Shown here: one piece after another, positions 38,067 through 45,371 of the stretch
Layout of the letters: the number at the start of each line of letters is the position of its first letter
How positions within the stretch are numbered: position 1 is the stretch's first letter
Source of the DNA: Myxococcales bacterium
GTDB taxonomy: Bacteria; Myxococcota_A; UBA9042
NCBI GenBank assembly: GCA_037441385.1
Contig: JBBISH010000041.1
Location: forward strand, 1 to 45,371
DNA length: 45,371 bases
Direction: 5' to 3'
Program-made: the position numbers and the translations under genes
The notes under the pieces: model-generated
What the model saw: only the letters and a program-made list of their open reading frames with translations
What the model was told of the DNA's origin: nothing
The model's database searches: none

Positions 38067-38810
38067 CTAGAACCGCAGGGCCAGCGCCATGCCGCGCTCT
38101 TGCGGCAGCAAGACCACTCGCGAACTGGGCGAGTTCGCCATCAGCACGGCGCCCAAAATGCCCGCTACCGCGCCCGCGCCGACCATGCCCCAGCCAATGT
38201 ATTCCTTGGTATTGATTCCACTTTGCTTGGCCACCGCGTCGGTGTGCGAGATGCCGATGATGTTGCCTTTGGCGTCGCGCTGACCGAGCCGCGAGTCCAG
38301 CTCACTCTGGTCGGAAGCCGCGCTACCCAGCAGGAGCCCGCCGCCCACAGCGACCACGCCGCCGGTGATGAGCAGTGCCAAGCCCCCGGCGCCTTTGCCG
38401 GCCGAGCCAGCCGCCGGCCCCGGATTCTTGGGCGGCGGAACGGCCGGCGCCGTGGGTTTGCTCGCCCGCAATTCACCAAGGTGGAACCGGGCTTTGGCGA
38501 CTTCGGGCTGACCGGGCGGCGCCTTGCTCAGGTACTCCTGGTACATGCGCTCGGCGGCTTCGCGGTGACCGGCGCGCTCGGCCGCGCGGGCGGCGTTGTA
38601 CAGGTACAGGGGCTCGCCGGACCAGGTACGGTAGGCTTGGGTGTACAGGGCTTCCGCCCCGGCAAAATCGCCAGCCAGATAGGCCTCTAGGGCCTGCTTG
38701 GACAGGGCCAGGGCTGCCTCGCGTGGGTCGTCGGCATAGGCGGCAAGCGGGGCGACCGCCTGCAGGGGCAACAACCCCGCCATGGTCCAGGCTATCCAGG
38801 CTCCGCGCAT
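38067..38810 (-). CDS. TPR-containing secreted/membrane protein
   Basis: Signal peptide; A..AYLAGDF..A...Y..AY, YLYNAARA TPR; C-terminal hydrophobic segments; GGAG RBS. Confidence 0.82.
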   Translation of the reverse strand: MRGAWIAWTMAGLLPLQAVAPLAAYADDPREAALALSKQALEAYLAGDFAGAEALYTQAYRTWSGEPLYLYNAARAAERAGHREAAERMYQEYLSKAPPGQPEVAKARFHLGELRASKPTAPAVPPPKNPGPAAGSAGKGAGGLALLITGGVVAVGGGLLLGSAASDQSELDSRLGQRDAKGNIIGISHTDAVAKQSGINTKEYIGWGMVGAGAVAGILGAVLMANSPSSRVVLLPQERGMALALRF

Positions 38811-38824
38811 CGCCGCTTCTCCCT

Positions 38825-38895
38825 TGCTACGCACCCCGGCTTGGGCCCAAAGAACTGCCGGCGTTTTCAAGCCGATTTCAACGGATTCTGCATCA
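38825..38895 (-). repeat. dispersed repeat, short form (71 bp)
   Basis: Begins at the TGA stop of the 38893 gene; TGATGCAGAATCCG...GGGCCCAAGCCGGGGTGCGTAGCA. Confidence 0.85.
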
Positions 38896-40476
38896 TTCGC
38901 CTATGCACTGGCCGCCCGCGCACTGCGCCAGGTCGCCGCAGACGCTGGTGTCGGGCAAGGCTGGATGCTTGCAGCCGGCGGCCGCGTCACACTGATCGGT
39001 GGTGCAGGGCTGCCCGTCGTCGCAGGCGGCGAATCCCAAGTTTTTGCAGACACCCGCGCTGGCACAGCTGCTGTATCCCCAAGCGTCCACGCGCAACGCC
39101 CACGCGTCCAAGCCGCCGTTTTGCCACAGCTGCCCGCCCACCCACGCGCCGTGGTCGGGCAAGGCCGCCACGGACTTGAACCACTCGTTGCCCGTACCGC
39201 CAAACTTCTTGTCCCAAATGCGGTTGCCAAATGCGTCGTAGCGCAGCAGCCAGCCGTCGATGCCGCCCAGCGCACCGTTGTTGCTCGAACTCGACTCGCC
39301 GGCCACGACAAAGCTGCCATCGTCCCATGCGGCGATGCCCCAAGCGGTTTCGCTCTGGTTGCCGGTCACGATGGCCTGCCAAAACACATTGCCTTCGGGG
39401 TCGGCGCGGGCCACCCACAGGTCGGGATTGCCGTTGTTGCTGACTACGCCGCCCAGCAGAAAGCCGCCGCCCGCGAGCGCGGCCGCGCAGTGCCCCTCGT
39501 CGTACTCTCCCTTGTTGATCAGCTTCTGATTCAGCACTTGGCCGGCGCTGTCTACGACGACCACCCACACGTCGCTGCCCAGGGTGGCCGCGCTGGAATT
39601 GCTGCCGACCATCGCGAACGTGCCGCCCTTTAGGGCCACGACCGCGTGAAACTCGTCCTGTTGGCTGCCACCAAAAGACTTTTCCCACTGGAAAGCGCCA
39701 TTGATGTCAGTGCGGACGATCCAGCCGTCTTCGTAGCCGCTGGCGGGCCGGTTACTGCCGGCAAGAAGCCAGCCGTCGCCGGCGGCAACAAGGCCATACA
39801 GCACATCGTTGCCGGCGTCACCGTAGTGATTCTCGCCTAGTTTTGCACCCTTACTGTCCAGTCGCACCAGCCAGCCGTCGGTGTCGGTCGCGTCTTGGAA
39901 ATGGGTGGATCCGACGGCGACGAGCTCGCTCGCCGACGCGGCCGCACCGCGCAGCTGATCGGCGCCCGGATTTCCCAGCGTCTTTGCCCATTGCACTGCG
40001 CCGGTGCTGCCCACGCGCACCGCCACGCCGTCCGAAGACGAGGAACCGCTGCCCGTGCCTCCGACCAAGAACGCGCCACCGCTGGGTACGAGCGTCAGGC
40101 CAAAGATACTCTCGTCCGCGCCCGTGTCGGCCGTCTTGGCGAACAGGCCCAGGTTGTTGGCGCATGGACCAGTCGGTCCGCCGCTGTCGGGACCGGTGCT
40201 GTCCAGGCCGACGCCGTCTGGGCCGCCACTGTCCGGGGTGGTGCTGTCCGGGCTGGTGCTGTCCTCGCCAGGGCCCGCGGTGTCGGGCACGCCAGCGGCA
40301 TCCTGTCCAGCGGCTTCGGCGTCGCTGCCGGCCGAGCCAAGGTCGCTGCCTGGACTCAAGTCGGCAAGGGACGAGGCACCATCGGCCGCCGTGGCAAACT
40401 GACTCGAGTCGGGCGCCGCCGACGGGCAACCGGCAAGCAGCAAAAGACAGGCGAGGAGGGTAGAGATGCGCACCAT
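38893..40476 (-). CDS. beta-propeller repeat lipoprotein with C-terminal CDDGQPCTTDQC repeat
   Basis: Lipobox LAGC; repeated D.W.VR.D..G...W.K.FGG...D units. Confidence 0.82.
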   Translation of the reverse strand: MVRISTLLACLLLLAGCPSAAPDSSQFATAADGASSLADLSPGSDLGSAGSDAEAAGQDAAGVPDTAGPGEDSTSPDSTTPDSGGPDGVGLDSTGPDSGGPTGPCANNLGLFAKTADTGADESIFGLTLVPSGGAFLVGGTGSGSSSSDGVAVRVGSTGAVQWAKTLGNPGADQLRGAAASASELVAVGSTHFQDATDTDGWLVRLDSKGAKLGENHYGDAGNDVLYGLVAAGDGWLLAGSNRPASGYEDGWIVRTDINGAFQWEKSFGGSQQDEFHAVVALKGGTFAMVGSNSSAATLGSDVWVVVVDSAGQVLNQKLINKGEYDEGHCAAALAGGGFLLGGVVSNNGNPDLWVARADPEGNVFWQAIVTGNQSETAWGIAAWDDGSFVVAGESSSSNNGALGGIDGWLLRYDAFGNRIWDKKFGGTGNEWFKSVAALPDHGAWVGGQLWQNGGLDAWALRVDAWGYSSCASAGVCKNLGFAACDDGQPCTTDQCDAAAGCKHPALPDTSVCGDLAQCAGGQCIGE

Positions 40477-40617
40477 GCCGCGATGATCGCAAGGCCGCCG
40501 GCCCTTGGCAAGCGCGAGGTCCAGCAGTTGACAATCCCAGCGAAAAGCGCACCGTTGACGGGTGGGCCGCGCCCGAGCCAGGCCGCGGCCAAGGCGTTGT
40601 CGCCGCTGGGGGGTGCT

Positions 40618-40863
40618 ATGCTGCGCGAACTTTGCGTCATCGAGATCGGCGAAGGTTGGGCGGTGCGGCGGCAAGGCGAATTGCGACTGGTCTCGGTGCA
40701 CGACACCGAACAACAGGCCATCCACGCGGCGTTGCGCCAGGCCTGGGACGAGCAGGTCGATGTGCTCATCCAGCAGCGCAATGGCTCGTATCTGCGGCGC
40801 AAACCCGCCCAGCCGGCGCCGCCTCCCAAGCGCAGCCGCCGCAGCCCTGCGTCCGAGCGATAG
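40618..40863 (+). CDS. DUF2188-like small protein
   Basis: GWAVRRQG....VHDTEQQAI..A......VLIQQRNG pattern. Confidence 0.7.
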   Translation: MLRELCVIEIGEGWAVRRQGELRLVSVHDTEQQAIHAALRQAWDEQVDVLIQQRNGSYLRRKPAQPAPPPKRSRRSPASER

Positions 40864-40884
40864 CTCTGCCGGCGGCTACCCACC

Positions 40885-43800
40885 CTACGGCAAGACGAGG
40901 TCGCGAAAATCGGCCACCCAACCCAGGTTTTCGACGAAGGGTCGCCAAGCCGAGCGGTAGGCCGGCTCGCCATCGATGTCTTCGATGCGCACGGTGCGTT
41001 TGGGTAGCCGGGCGAGAGTGGTCAGCAGCAGGGCGAGCACCGCTGGCGCACGCGAATCACTTGGCGCAATGTGCAGTTCCAAGCTCCGCCCGTCGCGCCG
41101 CGCCACCGCCAGCGGGGTACTCCCCTGCCACACGAGCCAGTTGGCAGACGACCGCGGTGGCAAGGGCAGGTGCGCCACACAGGCCGGGGGCAGGCCGCAG
41201 GGCGAGGCAGGGTCGGCGGCGTTGCAGCTCCACAGCGTTTCGTGGTGCTGGTCCAGTTCGGCCAGGTGGCGCTCGCCTGCCTCGGTGAGCAGCTGCCAGC
41301 CGCCCAGGCCAGAAAACCACGCGCCGGCACGCAGCTCTCCGGCCCAGTCCAGGCGCAGCGCGGCCCCGCGCAACTCGCGCCAGGCCAGCCACTTCGGCTC
41401 GCCCTCGAGCAGCCCACTGCCCAGCAGACCCCAGCGCTGCGCAACTTGGCGAACCCGCTCGGTTTGCATCTCGGCCCGCTCGACGGCATCGGTGGGCGTC
41501 GCCGCGATCCGGCGCCACCACGGCCCCGGCCACGGCCCTGCCTCGCTGCCCGCGCGCAACCGCCAACCGCCACCGGACGGCCGCTTGGGCGAGCTGGGCA
41601 GCACGAAATTGAGCTGCAGGCCGCGCCGCAGCGAAGCAGGCTCGCTGCCGGCCAATTGGGCAGTCCACAGCCCATGCCATAGCCTCTCTGACAGCGCGGT
41701 GTCGCTCAGGCCGCTGCGCGCCCGCAGCACGTCAAAGCGGTAGCCGGCGTCGGCGTCGGGCATCCAGCGCTCCAGCTCAGGATCGGCCGGCACGGCGCCC
41801 CACAAGGGCAGCAAGTCCGCACGCGAAAAACCAAGCCGCTCCGGCCCCTCGCCACCAAAGTAGCGGAAATCCCCGGCCGCGAGCGCGCTGTCCAGGTCCG
41901 CGGGCCGGTAGTCGCGCACCCGCGCCGGCAACAACGCGGTTTCCCACAGCTGGGCCGGAACGGTCAGGCCCTGTAGGCTGTCCAGCGCCTGCTCGACCGC
42001 GCCGGGACCGCGGCCCGGCTTCAAGAGGCCATTCAGGCTGGCGCGCAGCAGCACCACGTCGGGCGCGGGGCGCAGGGTAGGCCGGGCAGTGCGCGCGCGG
42101 CGCATGGCCCGCAACAGCTGCTCCAGGCTGGAGGTGGTGGCCAGAAACTCGGTGGGCTGACCCGCCACGGCCACCCCGAGCACAACTTCACCTTGCAGCA
42201 CTGCGGGTTCCAAGGCCTGGCGCACGTCCAGTTCGTTGCGTCCCCACGCCCGCGCCAACTCCGCCCACGTCGCCACGACCCGCGGCGCGAGCCAGCGCAG
42301 CAGCCCCGCCCGCAGGCGCGGATCGCCCGCCGCAACCTGCTCCAGTTCGGCCAGCATCGGGGCGTCTTCGGTGTGGCAGAACCGGTCCGGCGCGAGTTCG
42401 ACCACCTCTGCGGGCACGAGCGGGCCCGCGCCCTGCCCGATTGGATCGGCTTGCTCCAAAGGCACCGCCGCCAGCAACGCCCGCAGCTCTTGGCGCGAAA
42501 CTGGTGACAATTGGGCTGCGATATCCGCCAATTCCTCGGCGTTGGCCGCACCAAAGGGGGCCGACGTGTGCATCCAACGCCCACGGAGCTGGGCCAGCAC
42601 GTCGGGGTCGAGCGGCGGACGCTGGCTCGAACGAGCCACCTCGCTGAGCGCCCCGTCAAAGTCGAGGGGCAGCGGCGCGTCGTCTTCGTAGACCATGGTG
42701 CCGGTGGCGAGCCACAGCACGCCGTTGGCGAGCGGCGACGGTTTGCCGGTGGTGGCGACGTGGAGCGCAATCGTCCCCGCAGCCAGACTCGCCATGCGCT
42801 CGCCCAGGCCGTCCAGGTCAAAGCGCTCTTGGCACAGGGACCGCCGCGCGTGGCGCAGCAGCACAAAATCCTGGGTACGCGCCACAGCTTGCAAGAGCTG
42901 CTTGCTGCGTTCGCGGGTCTGCCACAGCGGCACGCGCTTGCCCGGCGGTGGGCGCGGCAACAGCAGCGCGGTCCCGGCCGACTCGCGGAAGCGCGCACCC
43001 AGCAAGGCCGAATCGCCCAGGCCACGTTCGAGCCAATGGCGCCAGTCCTCGGTCAAGAAGGCCTGAATCGCCTGCACCGCCGCCTCGCCATCCTCGCAGA
43101 GCAGCAGCACCGCGTCGTCGTTGACGAGCGGCGGCCGTTGCGCCAGGCCAGAGGCACCGCCCAATTCCGCATGGCGCGCCTGCAGATACGCGGTCAGCGC
43201 GATGGCGAGCGGCCGGGTGAGCGCGCCGCCCCAGCCGGTGTGCCAGATCGCGTAGCCGGTCGGCTCGTTGGGGACCCGGCATAGCTCGACCAGCGTGCGC
43301 TGGTGGGTGGGCAGCCCGCCGGTGGCCGCGCGCTGGGTTCGCAGTAGCTCCAGAACCTGCTCGCCCAGGTCAGCGTCCACGCCGCGCGCCGTGAGCTCGC
43401 CCACGGCCTGGGGATCGTCCAGCTGCGGCTCCAAGAGCTCCATCAAGTCCAAGACGGCGTTGGCCATCTGGGCACTGCGGTCGCGTGCATCGGCGCGCCA
43501 GAACGGCGCCATGGCCAATTTGCGCGGCGACGGCACGACTTCCACGGCATCGCGGCCGATCGATGCGACTTGCCAGGCCTGGGCCCCGATCGCGAACACG
43601 TCGCCGGTGCGGCGCTCCCACACAAACTCCTCGTCGAGTTCGCCCAGTTGAGTGCGTTCGCCCTGGATCTCGATGCGGAAGTAGCCGCGATCGGCGATGA
43701 CACCCGCAGAGCGGCGCGCCGCTAGCTGAGCCCCTTTGCGCACTTCCAGGCGCCCCGACGCGTCCTTTTGCAGGCGGGGCAGCAGTTCGCGAAGGCGAAG

Positions 43801-45195
43801 CCCGTCGAAACGCCCCAGCAGCATGGCGACGACGTCGTCGAAATCGGCTCGCTCCAGCTGGGCAAACGGCGCGGAACGCCGCACCTGGTCGAACAATTCG
43901 TCGGGCCAGCGCGGCCGCGCCACGCAGCGGGCCACCACGACCTGCGCCAGCACATCCAGCGGGGGCACTTGCGGCGGCAGCGGCTCCAGGCGGCCTTCGG
44001 CGACGAGCAACGGCAGCACAGCGGCGTAGAGGATGTCGCGGCCGTAGAGCGGCACCAGCCGGCCGATGCTGGTCGCCCCCACCGCGTGACCCGCGCGGCC
44101 GATGCGCTGCAGCGTCGAGCTGACGGTCATGGGCGCGCCGACCAGCACCACCCGGTCCACGGCGCCCACGTCGATCCCCAGCTCCAGCGACGAAGTGGCA
44201 CAAACTGCCCGCAGCTCCCCGGCTTTGAGGCGTTGTTCCACGCTGCGGCGCAGCTCTTGGGCCAGCGAGCCGTGGTGCGCCCAGGCGATGGGCTCGTTCT
44301 CCAGCGTATTGAGCTCGCGCGCCAGCCGTTCGACGGAGCGGCGACCGCTGCCAAACACCAGCGCCGAACGCGCCGGCTGCAGCTCGCGGTGCACGACTCG
44401 AGTCGCCGCCGGCCACCAGCCAGGTTCGCGGGCGCCTGGCTCCGGAACGTCGTCGAGCGGCACGGCCACGCTCTGCAATTCGATCGCTTTGGCGGTGGCC
44501 GGCGCGAGCAAATCCAGCGTCTGTATGGGTCGTTGCGGCCCCAACACCTCGTCGGCGGCCTGGCGCGGGTCCTGGAGCGTCGCCGACAGGGCCACTCGCT
44601 GCAGCGGCGCCGGGAGCAAGTCCTCCAGCTCCTCCAGTGCCGACAAGAGCAGCGCCCCTCGCGGCGAGCGCGCCACCGCGTGGATCTCGTCCAGCACGAC
44701 TTGCCGGGTGGTCGCGAGCAGTTTGCGCCCGCCGTCGCTCATCAGCAGCAGGTGCAGACTTTCGGGCGTGGTGACCAGGATCTCGGGCGGGTGGCGCTGC
44801 ATCGCGGCCCGCTCTTTGGCCGGGGTGTCGCCCGTGCGCAAAGCCACGCGCACCTCGGGCGGATGCAGCCCGTGGCTCGCCAAGAGTGGGCGAAGATCAG
44901 CCAGCGGATCCAACAGGTTGCGCTGCACGTCGGCACCCAGGGCCTTGAGCGGCGAGACGTAGAGCAGCGACAGCTCGCCCGCGGGCCACAGCCCGGTAAG
45001 CAGGTTCTGGAGGCCCAGGAGACAGGCCGCCAGGGTCTTGCCGCTGCCGGTGGGCGCCACGGCCAGCACGTGCCGACCGCCAGCAATACTTGGCCACGCC
45101 TGGACTTGCACGGCCGTGGGTGGGCCGCGCCGCCGCAGCAGCCAGTCGGCGACCAAGGGGTGCAGGGCGGCCAGGGCGGGGTCAGAGGTGTCCAT
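40885..45195 (-). CDS. lhr: long-form Lhr ATP-dependent SF2 helicase
   Basis: APTGSGKT, YVSPLKAL, TTPESL, DEIH, SAT, HHGSL, TSSLELGID, QRIGRAGH; Lhr C-terminal extension (WETALLPARVRDY, AADPA). Confidence 0.93.
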   Translation of the reverse strand: MDTSDPALAALHPLVADWLLRRRGPPTAVQVQAWPSIAGGRHVLAVAPTGSGKTLAACLLGLQNLLTGLWPAGELSLLYVSPLKALGADVQRNLLDPLADLRPLLASHGLHPPEVRVALRTGDTPAKERAAMQRHPPEILVTTPESLHLLLMSDGGRKLLATTRQVVLDEIHAVARSPRGALLLSALEELEDLLPAPLQRVALSATLQDPRQAADEVLGPQRPIQTLDLLAPATAKAIELQSVAVPLDDVPEPGAREPGWWPAATRVVHRELQPARSALVFGSGRRSVERLARELNTLENEPIAWAHHGSLAQELRRSVEQRLKAGELRAVCATSSLELGIDVGAVDRVVLVGAPMTVSSTLQRIGRAGHAVGATSIGRLVPLYGRDILYAAVLPLLVAEGRLEPLPPQVPPLDVLAQVVVARCVARPRWPDELFDQVRRSAPFAQLERADFDDVVAMLLGRFDGLRLRELLPRLQKDASGRLEVRKGAQLAARRSAGVIADRGYFRIEIQGERTQLGELDEEFVWERRTGDVFAIGAQAWQVASIGRDAVEVVPSPRKLAMAPFWRADARDRSAQMANAVLDLMELLEPQLDDPQAVGELTARGVDADLGEQVLELLRTQRAATGGLPTHQRTLVELCRVPNEPTGYAIWHTGWGGALTRPLAIALTAYLQARHAELGGASGLAQRPPLVNDDAVLLLCEDGEAAVQAIQAFLTEDWRHWLERGLGDSALLGARFRESAGTALLLPRPPPGKRVPLWQTRERSKQLLQAVARTQDFVLLRHARRSLCQERFDLDGLGERMASLAAGTIALHVATTGKPSPLANGVLWLATGTMVYEDDAPLPLDFDGALSEVARSSQRPPLDPDVLAQLRGRWMHTSAPFGAANAEELADIAAQLSPVSRQELRALLAAVPLEQADPIGQGAGPLVPAEVVELAPDRFCHTEDAPMLAELEQVAAGDPRLRAGLLRWLAPRVVATWAELARAWGRNELDVRQALEPAVLQGEVVLGVAVAGQPTEFLATTSSLEQLLRAMRRARTARPTLRPAPDVVLLRASLNGLLKPGRGPGAVEQALDSLQGLTVPAQLWETALLPARVRDYRPADLDSALAAGDFRYFGGEGPERLGFSRADLLPLWGAVPADPELERWMPDADAGYRFDVLRARSGLSDTALSERLWHGLWTAQLAGSEPASLRRGLQLNFVLPSSPKRPSGGGWRLRAGSEAGPWPGPWWRRIAATPTDAVERAEMQTERVRQVAQRWGLLGSGLLEGEPKWLAWRELRGAALRLDWAGELRAGAWFSGLGGWQLLTEAGERHLAELDQHHETLWSCNAADPASPCGLPPACVAHLPLPPRSSANWLVWQGSTPLAVARRDGRSLELHIAPSDSRAPAVLALLLTTLARLPKRTVRIEDIDGEPAYRSAWRPFVENLGWVADFRDLVLP

Positions 45196-45267
45196 CGCCG
45201 CAGGGTGGGCGGACGCTGCGGCGGCGTCAAGTCGAGCGCGGTCGAACGAGGGTCAGGTATTGACACT

Positions 45268-45371
45268 TGACACCAATTCCGTCCGAATCGGATCGAAAAC
45301 TCGGGCAATTCTTCGGGCCCGAACCGGGGTCCCCGCCTGATTCTCGCCAGTTGCAGAACGGGTCAGAAAAG
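45268..45371 (+). repeat. dispersed intergenic repeat, long form (truncated by window end)
   Basis: TGACACCAATTCCGTCCGAATCGGATCG...TTCGGGCCCGAACCGGGGTCCCCGCCTGATTCTCGCC. Confidence 0.95.

Noticed and set aside
40885..45195. Lhr helicase as part of an anti-phage system
   Set aside because: Typical stand-alone long-form Lhr repair helicase with no defence partners adjacent
2696..45371. Repeats as a CRISPR array
   Set aside because: Copies are dispersed kilobases apart, 71-139 bp long, in both orientations, with no spacers or cas genes

Overview
High-GC bacterial chromosomal window, most consistent with a Myxococcota/deltaproteobacterial genome: it has many Cys-rich lipoproteins with CDDGxPCTxDxC repeats, a Pkn-type Ser/Thr kinase, TPR and RCC1 proteins. 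About 29 protein-coding genes are supportable. They include a class III adenylate cyclase near two cNMP-domain proteins, a GH31 lipoprotein, a fatty acid desaturase, pfkA, a VapBC toxin-antitoxin pair, cystathionine beta-synthase, a PlsB-like acyltransferase with a degenerate GpsA, a LegB-like dehydratase, a FadL-like porin and a long Lhr helicase. I saw no rRNA, tRNA, CRISPR array or transposase. Two observations stand out. (1) A three-gene operon at 19121-24502 has the architecture of the Ralstonia PhcB/PhcS/PhcR fatty-acid-methyl-ester quorum-sensing system: REC-HK, PilZ-like+SAM methyltransferase, and membrane HK-REC-HK. (2) A dispersed intergenic repeat family has 8 copies or fragments, in a ~134-139 bp long form and a 71 bp short form. 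It has internal palindromes, ends that sit on stop codons, a possible TNA target duplication, and one copy that may be translated in frame. All family assignments come from motif recognition by eye, not database searches.
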